Shown: piece by piece, positions 1 to 7,988 of the stretch
Numbering within the stretch: position 1 is the first letter of the stretch
Layout: every line of letters starts with the position of its first letter
Source: a phage
Reading direction: 5' to 3' (one strand)
Length of the DNA: 64,000 nt
Assembly: GCA_025611195.1 (NCBI GenBank)
Contig: GCA_025611195.1_4718.2
The notes under the pieces: generated by a model
What the model was told of the DNA's origin: nothing
Database searches by the model: none
What the model saw: the letters and a program-made list of their open reading frames with translations, nothing else
Program-made: the position numbers and the translations under genes

Positions 1-542
1 GGAAAACCAGGTCGGAAAATATATACTTGAATATGTGTTAAAGCGTTATCGTTACCTCCACCAACAGCAACATTACGACGTCCGGATGATGGGAAATATT
101 CTTTTAAGAACAGGGGATCGGTTGCCAATAAAGAAGCAGGCCAAGGATTAGCGGATGCGTCAACATCGAATTCGGTCCATCGCCATTTGCGTCCGGTATC
201 GAACCAGGTTGACGTACCACCGCCACGCACCGCAAGATTGCGTGCATCACGGGCACTGTATATTGATTCGATGTTTCGCCACCCACCTTTTGCGGCGTTT
301 GCCGCATAGCAAATCGCATTACCACCATTCTTCTTTTCGTAAACGGTTCGTTTGATATGAACACGGTCGATAAACGCTTCACCGTATTTGTTGACAAGTG
401 TTTGCGCAATATCACGAAGATCGTGCATATGAAAGGCGATGTCTTCGTTGTGGAACCACGTTGTCGGGTTCCAAACGGTGCCGTTTGGTTCGGCACACAT
501 CGATCTGATATTGTTGCGCTGATTAATCGCGATAAAGCCCAT
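1..542 (-). CDS. hypothetical protein, N-terminal part only (gene runs off window start)
   Basis: Minus-strand frame from ATG at 542 (GAGGTGG upstream) is open to the window edge, about 180 codons (MGFIAINQRNN...). Absent from the ORF track because it has no in-window stop. Replaces ORF 104..496, which is in another frame. Confidence 0.5.
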   Translation of the reverse strand, partial: MGFIAINQRNNIRSMCAEPNGTVWNPTTWFHNEDIAFHMHDLRDIAQTLVNKYGEAFIDRVHIKRTVYEKKNGGNAICYAANAAKGGWRNIESIYSARDARNLAVRGGGTSTWFDTGRKWRWTEFDVDASANPWPASLLATDPLFLKEYFPSSGRRNVAVGGGNDNALTHIQVYIFRPGF

Positions 543-616
543 GGTCCACCTCGTTCCTGTTCTCGAAGGAAATTTCATACGATGACGCCATAACAGCTCC
601 CCCATCCCCCCAACCC

Positions 617-648
617 GTAAGGGAAGGGAGGATGTAAGGGAAGGAGGA
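617..648. repeat. tandem direct repeat GTAAGGGAAGG(G)AGGA x2 in intergenic spacer
   Basis: Two adjacent purine-rich copies between the lipoprotein gene stop and the next start, flanked by a C-rich run (CCCCCATCCCCCC). Confidence 0.4.
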
Positions 649-657
649 GCTATTTAA

Positions 658-1161
658 TTACTCGCTGACAACCTCAACGGAACTGGGATCGGCGATCAGC
701 GCACGGTCGGTAGAACAATTGAAGAAGACCATGCCAACACCATCGCCGTTCGAGTTCAGGGTTGAACTTACGTAAGACAATGTTGGTTTATTCATGCGGT
801 AGAAGCGTTCGTTGGTGGTGGTATTGAACCCCAGATCAACGTAGTCTTTCACCGTGGTGTACAGCTGGGTGGACTCGAAAACGGTTACCGGAGAGTCAAC
901 GGTAAACTGACTACCTTCGTCCACAATCAGAACCTTATCGTTCCAGATTTCAGTGGTTGAGAACTTCGGTTTCCAGTGTTCGAATTCCTGGGTTGCTCCC
1001 CAGCAGGAATACACAGCGAGATCGCTGTTCTTCTCAACCGGCTTCAAACCCACCAGTTGTGTCAGGCCTTTATCCAGATTCGGTAAGCCTTCCAGTGTAG
1101 CACACCCACCCAGAGAAAGTACCATCAACATACCGAGAATAATCGCGCAAAGTTTCTTCAT
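658..1161 (-). CDS. predicted lipoprotein
   Basis: N-terminus MKKLCAIILGMLMVLSLGGC has a signal peptide and lipobox (LGGC). AAGGAAA Shine-Dalgarno before ATG. Lies just downstream of the tail fibre and its chaperone. Confidence 0.7.
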   Translation of the reverse strand: MKKLCAIILGMLMVLSLGGCATLEGLPNLDKGLTQLVGLKPVEKNSDLAVYSCWGATQEFEHWKPKFSTTEIWNDKVLIVDEGSQFTVDSPVTVFESTQLYTTVKDYVDLGFNTTTNERFYRMNKPTLSYVSSTLNSNGDGVGMVFFNCSTDRALIADPSSVEVVSE

Positions 1162-1205
1162 CGTCGGATTTCCTTATGTGTTAACGGAAGTGATTTCCAT
1201 AGTAA

Positions 1206-1622
1206 TTACACAGTTTTAGGAAATTCCGGCCAGTCGATATTTGGCGCAGCATCGGTATCGATAGCCGTCACCTCGTCAATGTAATCCAAAACAGCATTAA
1301 GTTGGGCTGTTTCTTCCGGAGTCAGTTTTCGCCCAGCCCGTAATTTTAACTGAATAAGATCAATGGAAGCTAGCGCAGAATCAATCAAAGATTTTTTCAT
1401 CTGTTCTGCCTCGGCGACGAGATCTTCGTGTTGCCGCTCGGGTTCCGGGGGTGCGGTAAACTCACCATTTGAGTATAACCAACCTATTCCAGGCGACACG
1501 GCTACCGTATCGCTAATGCTGACCAACTGTTGATTGTCAGATACATCGAGCTCTGCTTCGCCATCGTAAACAATCGTGTTTACTACTACCCCATTTTCAA
1601 TAACAGCGTATGATGTACTCAT
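1206..1622 (-). CDS. tfa: tail fibre assembly chaperone (lambda Tfa-like)
   Basis: C-terminal region (AEAEQMKKSL...TDAAPNIDWPEFP) resembles the lambda Tfa C-terminus (AEETKKSL...TSTAPDIEWPAVP). Start set at the ATG that overlaps the fibre stop (TAATG); the ORF-track start at 1646 is further upstream. Confidence 0.8.
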   Translation of the reverse strand: MSTSYAVIENGVVVNTIVYDGEAELDVSDNQQLVSISDTVAVSPGIGWLYSNGEFTAPPEPERQHEDLVAEAEQMKKSLIDSALASIDLIQLKLRAGRKLTPEETAQLNAVLDYIDEVTAIDTDAAPNIDWPEFPKTV

Positions 1623-4600
1623 TACATAAACTCCTCGATGATGCAAATCCCGTCAGCGCCACGCCCACCACGCATAACGGTTCCAGTGTAACCGTTATCG
1701 TAAGCGCCGCCACCGCCCGAACCTCGTGCGAGGCCGTTTGACCCACCGCCAACAGCTGCACGACCACCGCCACCCCAATATGACGCACCCCCACCACCAC
1801 ATACAGGAAATGCGCCAGCTTGACCGTCATCACCATCACCACCTGAAATGCGTATATCCCCGGTACTAGGTACACCACCGCTGCCACCGCCAGTGTTTGT
1901 GACGGTTGTTTTTCCTGCACCTTGCCCACCGGGAGCAGTCAGCAGGGATGCAAATTTACTATCCCCGCCCCTGTTTCCAGTTGTTGCCCCGGAACCGCCA
2001 GTGCCACCAGAACCAATTACAACAGAATAACTAGTAGCTGCTACCGTTATAACCGAAATTACTGTTGCCCCGGCCCCACCGCCAGCACCAAAAAACGTTT
2101 CGCTGCCGGAAAAAGCCTGACAACCGCCGCCACCGCCACCGCCGCCGGTTATCGTTACTCTAATCCGTTTTGTTCCTTGTGTTGGGGTGTACGTCCCTGA
2201 CGATGTGAAAACACGCATGTTCAGTAAACGTCCGACATATCCACTAGAATCGGCTAAACCAAGATCTTTAGCTGCTAACGTGATATTAGCTGTGCCATCG
2301 AAAGGTTTACCGTTAATCGTGCGTGCCGTCTGCAGCTTCGTGGCCGTTGCTGCGTTTCCTGATGTATTCTGGTTTCCCGCGGCGTTAACACCTGGTAGAT
2401 TGATGTTCGCACTACCGTCGAAAGACACCCCACCAATAGTGCGGGCTGTTTTCAGTTTTGTCGCCGTGGCAGCATTACCGGTCGTGTCTTGGTTACCGGT
2501 GGTGTTTACCCCAGGTAGGTTGATATTGGCTGTTCCGTTAAATGAAACACCACCAATCGTCCTTGCCGTTTGCAACTTCGTTGCGGATGCCGCATTCCCC
2601 GTGGTGTTTTGGTTACCCGTCGCATTCACGCCTGGGATGCTATCCTTAGATGTGTAGATCTGTGCCCATTCCGACCAGTTCGAGTCGGCCGCATCACGAC
2701 GTGAACGTAGGTAAGCTGGAGCGTGTGCGCCTGAGGTACCTGACCACCCAATGAGGATTTCACCTTCACCGACCGATGAAGCCCCTTTAAGATGAATGAT
2801 GTTACCATAAGCGGTGGGATATCCGTTATTGTACGCTTCATACATCTGGATGCCCGCATTGCTGCCCTGAGCCGTGTTAGCTAAGGCCGTAACACGACCT
2901 TTGGAAGCGAGAGCGTTAATACTGAAGCTAATATCCTTAGTACCGTCAAAGGCGACCCCATTAATCTTCCGTGCTGTTTGGAGTTTCGTAGCAGTAGCCG
3001 CATTACCAGAGGTACTCTGATTACCTGCTTTGTTCACGCCCGGTAAATCAATGTTGGCTGTTCCATCAAAGGACACACCCCCGATGGTTCTCGCTGTCTG
3101 GAGTTTTGTTGCTGAACCAGCGTTTCCAGAAGTGCTTTGATTACCTGCCGCGTTGACACCCGGTAGGTCAATGCTAGCAGAACCATCAAAAGAAACTCCA
3201 CCGATCGTGATCGGTGTTTTCAATTTCGTGGCTGTCGCAGCATTACCCGTCGTATTCTGATTGCCAGCAGCATTAACACCAGGTAATGCGATATCGGTCG
3301 TACCATCGAACGCAACACCACCGACTTTACGGGCGGTCTGTAGCTTGGTCGCTGTAGCCGCGTTGCCGCTGGTATTTTGCGTGCCTGCTTTATTTACGCC
3401 AGGCAAATCAATGTTCGCAGTACCATCAAAAGAAACACCCCCGATGGTTCTCGCGGTCTCAAGTTTGGTTGCGCTTCCTGCGTTTCCGCTGGTGCTTTGA
3501 TTTCCCGCTGCATCAACACCTGGTAGACTGATGCTGGCCGAACCATCGAAACTCACACCGCCGATAGTAACAGCGGTTTTCAACTTCGTCGCCGTTGCTG
3601 CGTTACCGGTTGTATTTTGATTGCCTGTCGCATTAACGCCCGGTAATACAATATCCGCTGTTCCGTCAAAGGCAACGCCACCGATTCTACGTGCAGTTTG
3701 TAGCTTGGTTGCACTAGCAGCGTTACCGCTGGTATTCTGGGTGCCAGCTTTGTTAACACCGGGGAGATCGATATTAGCAGAACCATCGAAGCTGACGCCA
3801 CCTATCGTTCTTGCAGTAGCGAGTTTAGCTGCTGTGGCTGCATTATTACCCACTTTCAGCCAATCATCCCATGGACCATCCTGGCCGTTCCATGATGCCG
3901 TTAAACTACGTACGTAAATATTGCCGGTACGTACAGTGTAACGTTGCGTTCCACCGAATTGTCCGGCAGGGAGCACTTCAAGGTAACCTGCAGCATTTGC
4001 TTCAGGGAAATTGTGGGCGACGTCCGCGTTCGTTGATACTGGTTTAGACCAAATACCCACAGACGCTTCAACCGGACCGTAAGTATTCAGATTTGCGTCG
4101 GTGGGGAGCTGTCCTCGAAAACGTTGGAATTGTGTTGCCGATAACCCCAACGTTGTTTGCATGCTTTCAATGCTGGATTGCTGTAGTAACGTTCGTGCTG
4201 TCGACGTAATCACGGCAAGCGCAACTTTATTAACGCCGGTGAAATACGGGAGTTTGTCTGCTGATGTCGCTAAACCTGAAAAGGCGGTCAGTAATGCGTT
4301 AAGGGGCTGCTTCCCAGCTAACGCATTTGTTACCGTCGTTGCGAAATTAGGATCACTTCCTATAGCTCGAGCCAGCTTATTAAGCGTATTTAGCGTCGCT
4401 GGTGATGAGTCGATCAGCGCTGCGATCGCACGCATCACAAATTCCGTGTTGGCAATCTGTTGACTGCTATTGTTAACTGCTGCGGTGGGCGCTGCTGGCG
4501 TACCAGTGAATACAGGGCTATTAAGATCCGCTTTGAGGGCGATGAGGCGTTTAAGCGCTTCGACATCAACTTTCAGGTTTTCCCATCCGATGAGAGAACC

Positions 4601-5500
4601 ACCACCGCTGGTATGATAACGGTTGTACCAGAAGTCACCGTTAACACCCAAAAAGAATATTCCCTTCTCTTCGTTTTGTGGGCCGGAACTATTTCGTGAT
4701 GCGCTGATATATTTGATTTTAATAAGGCCGTTAAACACCACTCCTGGGATTATTTCGCTGCTTCCAGCTAACTGTGATACTTGGTAAATCCCCGGGGTCG
4801 CGGCTTTAACCCACGTTAAGAATTCTGTTACTCCAGAGTTACCACTGAAATTCTTAACGTCGGTAAGTATCGCACCATAACCGAACATACCGGGCAGAGC
4901 AACTCGCCCGTTGGTACGGTCACGAATATTTGATGCGACCACAGGTAGCTGTTTACGAACGTTATTAACCGCCTTTGGTGTGGCCGATTTTGTCTCATCG
5001 TCACTATCGATGGCATTGCTCAGGATGGTCAGTCCTCGCGTAGCAGTAGTTGCATCAGGAAGAAATGCGTTATCCAACACCTTAAGCTGTATTGCACTCG
5101 TATTACTAACAACGACATGCATCTGACAGTTAAGAACGCTAGTTGCGCCTTCGGTAGGCGTAGGCTTATATCTTTCTGGCGCACTGCAGACGGCAATCAG
5201 AACACCCTTGTCGTCGTACAGACCGATCTCACGTACCCAGAACCCACCTTGACCAGCAGGAATAATACCCTCAACGACAATCCTGGTTGTACTATCGCCA
5301 TCCGCATGGATATTAGAAACTTCCCCACGATAAACTTCGTGAACAAGCGCTGTTTGGCTGGCGGTCGGGGTTGGTGTCGAGCCGTTACCATCACCAACGG
5401 CAAAGTGTGTGATTTTTAGTTTCTCACCGTCGGGAAGTAACGCAGCGGTGATACGTTCTGCTCCTTTATCGGTAACTACCGTTTTATATGCTGTACTCAT
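1622..5500 (-). CDS. tail fibre protein (P2 gpH-like N-terminus, repeat shaft, glycine-rich C-terminal tip)
   Basis: 1292 aa. N-terminus (KTVVTDKGAERITAALLPDGEKLKITHFAVGDG...GGFWVREIGLYDDKGVLIAV) matches the P2 gpH tail-collar fibre N-terminal domain. About eleven 38-aa shaft repeats (TATKLKTARTIGGVSFDGSANIDLPGVNAAGNQ). Poly-Gly C-terminal domain. Followed by Tfa. Confidence 0.9.
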   Translation of the reverse strand: MSTAYKTVVTDKGAERITAALLPDGEKLKITHFAVGDGNGSTPTPTASQTALVHEVYRGEVSNIHADGDSTTRIVVEGIIPAGQGGFWVREIGLYDDKGVLIAVCSAPERYKPTPTEGATSVLNCQMHVVVSNTSAIQLKVLDNAFLPDATTATRGLTILSNAIDSDDETKSATPKAVNNVRKQLPVVASNIRDRTNGRVALPGMFGYGAILTDVKNFSGNSGVTEFLTWVKAATPGIYQVSQLAGSSEIIPGVVFNGLIKIKYISASRNSSGPQNEEKGIFFLGVNGDFWYNRYHTSGGGSLIGWENLKVDVEALKRLIALKADLNSPVFTGTPAAPTAAVNNSSQQIANTEFVMRAIAALIDSSPATLNTLNKLARAIGSDPNFATTVTNALAGKQPLNALLTAFSGLATSADKLPYFTGVNKVALAVITSTARTLLQQSSIESMQTTLGLSATQFQRFRGQLPTDANLNTYGPVEASVGIWSKPVSTNADVAHNFPEANAAGYLEVLPAGQFGGTQRYTVRTGNIYVRSLTASWNGQDGPWDDWLKVGNNAATAAKLATARTIGGVSFDGSANIDLPGVNKAGTQNTSGNAASATKLQTARRIGGVAFDGTADIVLPGVNATGNQNTTGNAATATKLKTAVTIGGVSFDGSASISLPGVDAAGNQSTSGNAGSATKLETARTIGGVSFDGTANIDLPGVNKAGTQNTSGNAATATKLQTARKVGGVAFDGTTDIALPGVNAAGNQNTTGNAATATKLKTPITIGGVSFDGSASIDLPGVNAAGNQSTSGNAGSATKLQTARTIGGVSFDGTANIDLPGVNKAGNQSTSGNAATATKLQTARKINGVAFDGTKDISFSINALASKGRVTALANTAQGSNAGIQMYEAYNNGYPTAYGNIIHLKGASSVGEGEILIGWSGTSGAHAPAYLRSRRDAADSNWSEWAQIYTSKDSIPGVNATGNQNTTGNAASATKLQTARTIGGVSFNGTANINLPGVNTTGNQDTTGNAATATKLKTARTIGGVSFDGSANINLPGVNAAGNQNTSGNAATATKLQTARTINGKPFDGTANITLAAKDLGLADSSGYVGRLLNMRVFTSSGTYTPTQGTKRIRVTITGGGGGGGGCQAFSGSETFFGAGGGAGATVISVITVAATSYSVVIGSGGTGGSGATTGNRGGDSKFASLLTAPGGQGAGKTTVTNTGGGSGGVPSTGDIRISGGDGDDGQAGAFPVCGGGGASYWGGGGRAAVGGGSNGLARGSGGGGAYDNGYTGTVMRGGRGADGICIIEEFM
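2290..2640 (-). repeat. intragenic tandem repeat block, about 3 x 114 bp (fibre shaft repeats)
   Basis: Imperfect 114-bp units within the fibre gene, each encoding a ...TARTIGGVSFDG..NI.LPGVN..GNQ.T.GNAA... unit. Confidence 0.8.
2925..3840 (-). repeat. intragenic tandem repeat block, about 8 x 114 bp with 342-bp higher-order periodicity
   Basis: Same 114-bp unit as 2290..2640. Three unit subtypes (K-, R- and V-type) recur in order, giving a 342-bp supra-repeat. Separated from the other block by a roughly 260-bp non-repeat insert. Confidence 0.8.
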
Positions 5501-5508
5501 GGTGTTTT

Positions 5509-6036
5509 TTATCCTGGATAAATAGTGATGATATCACCAATGACCGTTGTGGCACCGGCGTAAAGATGAGCCGGAGATACATCGTGTTGGTTTGTCACGG
5601 TAAGATCCAATCGACCACGCCAAACCATGGAGGTATTCGCGATGGGGATAGAAATCTTTTTGGATATATCGTCACGAAAATCAATAACAGTGGCAAGGGT
5701 AACTGTATCAAAGTCAACGTCGGGGTCAAAGACGAACCCGTATTGATCTGAAATCGCCCGAATAATCGCGTGTATAGTTGTTGTCTTAACAGACTCTAAA
5801 ACGATTTTTACTGGTATTCCTAGAAATGCCTTCGCAATATCGCGTCGAGCGTAAACGATAAAACTTTCACCGTTCCACCTTGTTCCTTCATTTGCCGTGA
5901 CGATCACTTTTGCCCTGTTAGCACCGGAACTTCCATCCAAGACTAATGTAAGATCGGAGCTGTTGAATACGCTACTGTTACGTCTGTTTATCAACGACGT
6001 CAGTTCGTCTTTCCATGGCGGGTAAAGTGAACACAT
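5509..6036 (-). CDS. short paralog carrying only the shared N-terminal module of the fibre-associated family
   Basis: MCSLYPPWKDELTSLINRRN...YARRDIAKAFLGIPVKIVL aligns to the N-termini of the 6194..7948, 11599..12429 and 48293..49744 products. Start moved to ATG 6036 (GGAGGAGGG upstream). Stop is 8 nt from the fibre start. Confidence 0.6.
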   Translation of the reverse strand: MCSLYPPWKDELTSLINRRNSSVFNSSDLTLVLDGSSGANRAKVIVTANEGTRWNGESFIVYARRDIAKAFLGIPVKIVLESVKTTTIHAIIRAISDQYGFVFDPDVDFDTVTLATVIDFRDDISKKISIPIANTSMVWRGRLDLTVTNQHDVSPAHLYAGATTVIGDIITIYPG

Positions 6037-6125
6037 ATGTGCACCCTCCTCCAACATAACCAGATTAAATATATATTTCTTAAACGTGGGACACGATTCG
6101 AGATAAACGTAAACGGCCTTAACGA

Positions 6126-6181
6126 CCGCATAAAATTCCGCGCATATTACCCCTCTATCCCGACAAAGCGAGATAGAGGGG
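6126..6181 (-). promoter_or_regulatory. intergenic stem-loop (CCCCTCTATC/GATAGAGGGG, 12-nt loop) followed on the minus strand by TTTTATGCGG
   Basis: Perfect 10-bp inverted repeat at 6150..6181 between the stop of 6194..7948 and the start of 5509..6036; TTTTATGCGG at 6126..6135 in minus orientation. Confidence 0.5.
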
Positions 6182-6193
6182 AGGATAATACGA

Positions 6194-7948
6194 TTATGCT
6201 GCTACATATCCAGGCCAACGTTCTCTTGGCCAGTTTGTTGCGCCCTGTCCAACGTTGTCCTTACCAGAAATTACGTTACTTACATCCCATCCACTCAGAT
6301 CCTGATTGAACGCGGTGTTTTCGCGCATCATGAGATCGATCTTACGTAGTGAACGGGTATTCCAGCCGGAAATGTCTTGGTTGAATGCTGTATTGTAGGC
6401 AAACATGTTAGACACGCTTTGTAATTTTGAGGTGTTCCAACCACTGATGTCGCTATTGAACGGCATGCTTGAGAACATGCTGCTCGCATCAACAAGGCTG
6501 TCGGTTTTCCAATTAACCAGTTTATCACCATCAAGTGCAGCGCTGCTGCTGAACATAAAACTCATGTCGTTAACTTTGGACACATCCCATTTATCCAACC
6601 CGTTACCCACGAACGCAGGACAGGACGAGAACATATAACTCATATTAGTAACCCGACTCACATTCCATTTACTGAAGTCGAGGTTAAGTTTCTGACACCC
6701 TAAGAAGGTTTTAGACATGTTGGTGATACGACTAACATCCCACTCTTGGATGTTGGGGTCGTTAAGTGTCGTTAAATAGTTGAACAACATCGCTAACGAC
6801 GTCCATTTCTCTGGAATCCGGTTTGGTACCGTACGAAGCGATGCGAGGTTGTTGGTTGACGGAGAGCAGAACATGCCGTTATCCCAATTTACGATCTCCG
6901 TAATTTTGGACCCTTTGATCGTCTGAGTGACGTTACCATCTTTCACCATACCTGTAGCGACGATGGTATATTCACCGGTGTCCGCATAATCGTGGGAGTA
7001 GGAGTTGTTGCTTGAGGTCTCCGTTACTTTATTCCCATCACCCCAATCGATATTGACCTTATCCCATCCACCTAGATAGAACTGTACTTTGCCTCCGGTG
7101 GCTTTTAGGATGTATTTACCCCCATTGTCTGTATAATAACAGACGACCATCGAACCGTACAGATTACCTATCTGCCAATCATCCTTTTGCGTTATTGCGA
7201 TTTGCGCCGCACCACGCTGTACGAAGAGTACCGTACGATTCTCGGCAGTCTGTAATGTGGTTATTGCCTGAGCCTTATCGTCCTCGCTAATTTCGCCAGA
7301 CACCACCAAAGCGCTTAACATCCTTTCGAAGTATTCGATCGGTAACTCGGTTCCAACAGACTTATCAACAGACGATACGGCAAGATCACCCAATGCTGCG
7401 GTGGTAGCCAACGCCAATGAACCCTTGGTCATATCTGTTTCTTGGATGTAATGCAGTCCTGTAAGCTGGTACGCTTGAATAATAGTAATCAGGTTCAGCG
7501 TATCGTTAACGACCTGTACCTGTAAATTCCCGGACCATACATAACTGCTTTCAGCAATCGGTAGTTCGACCGACTGAATACCCGATGTTTCAAAGGTGAT
7601 CTTCTTATTAAGATCGGTTTCCAGGAAATCAACCGCGAGGTCGAAATTCATGCCGTACTTTTCAGCGATGGAATCTACGATATTCTTGAAAGCAACATCT
7701 GTGCTTACGATAAAACGTAACGGAATTCCTGTAAACGCTTTAGCGATATCTCGACGAACATACGTAAGCGATTGTTCGAAGAAATAGGGACTGTTATCTC
7801 CAGGCTTGATGGTTACCTGACACGCTTCAGGATATTCAGCTGGGATGAACGATTCGAATTTAACATCAGATTCCTTCAACGAAAGCTTGTTATTTCGGTT
7901 CACTAACGCCAGAAGATCGGCTTTCCATCCGGGGTAAACTGTAGACAT
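6194..7948 (-). CDS. fibre-family protein: shared N-terminal module plus C-terminal DUF285/BspA-type repeats
   Basis: N-terminus MSTVYPGWKADLLALVNRNN... is paralogous to three other products. C-terminal half has repeated WDVS.V.NMS.MF..C.AFNQDISGW units typical of DUF285 (Mycoplasma/BspA-like) repeats. Start moved to ATG 7948 (GGAGTG upstream). Confidence 0.7.
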   Translation of the reverse strand: MSTVYPGWKADLLALVNRNNKLSLKESDVKFESFIPAEYPEACQVTIKPGDNSPYFFEQSLTYVRRDIAKAFTGIPLRFIVSTDVAFKNIVDSIAEKYGMNFDLAVDFLETDLNKKITFETSGIQSVELPIAESSYVWSGNLQVQVVNDTLNLITIIQAYQLTGLHYIQETDMTKGSLALATTAALGDLAVSSVDKSVGTELPIEYFERMLSALVVSGEISEDDKAQAITTLQTAENRTVLFVQRGAAQIAITQKDDWQIGNLYGSMVVCYYTDNGGKYILKATGGKVQFYLGGWDKVNIDWGDGNKVTETSSNNSYSHDYADTGEYTIVATGMVKDGNVTQTIKGSKITEIVNWDNGMFCSPSTNNLASLRTVPNRIPEKWTSLAMLFNYLTTLNDPNIQEWDVSRITNMSKTFLGCQKLNLDFSKWNVSRVTNMSYMFSSCPAFVGNGLDKWDVSKVNDMSFMFSSSAALDGDKLVNWKTDSLVDASSMFSSMPFNSDISGWNTSKLQSVSNMFAYNTAFNQDISGWNTRSLRKIDLMMRENTAFNQDLSGWDVSNVISGKDNVGQGATNWPRERWPGYVAA

Positions 7949-7966
7949 AAGCACTCCAAAGTTCAT

Positions 7967-7983
7967 GGGGCGGTAACCGCCCC
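7967..7983 (-). promoter_or_regulatory. GC-rich stem-loop GGGGCGG-TAA-CCGCCCC
   Basis: Perfect 7-bp stem between the stop of 7989..11585 and the start of 6194..7948. Confidence 0.45.
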
Positions 7984-7988
7984 GTTGG

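Noticed and set aside
104-496. ORF-track minus-strand ORF of 130 aa
   Set aside because: A different minus-strand frame (1..542) starts at an ATG with a Shine-Dalgarno and is open to the window edge. The 104..496 product has odd composition and no ribosome-binding site.
1597-1929. 110-aa minus-strand ORF inside the tail-fibre gene
   Set aside because: Lies entirely within the well-supported 1622..5500 fibre gene in another frame. Its Val/Gly-rich product is an artefact of the Gly-rich coding region.
2187-2657. Plus-strand ORFs antisense to the fibre repeats (2187..2657, 3261..3500, 3621..3917)
   Set aside because: They are antisense to the fibre gene; their Pro/Ala/Val-rich repetitive products mirror the sense-strand repeats.
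2290-3840. Possible CRISPR array suggested by regularly spaced repeats
   Set aside because: The repeats are 114-bp imperfect units in frame within a coding sequence, with no spacer/repeat alternation. They are protein-coding tandem repeats.
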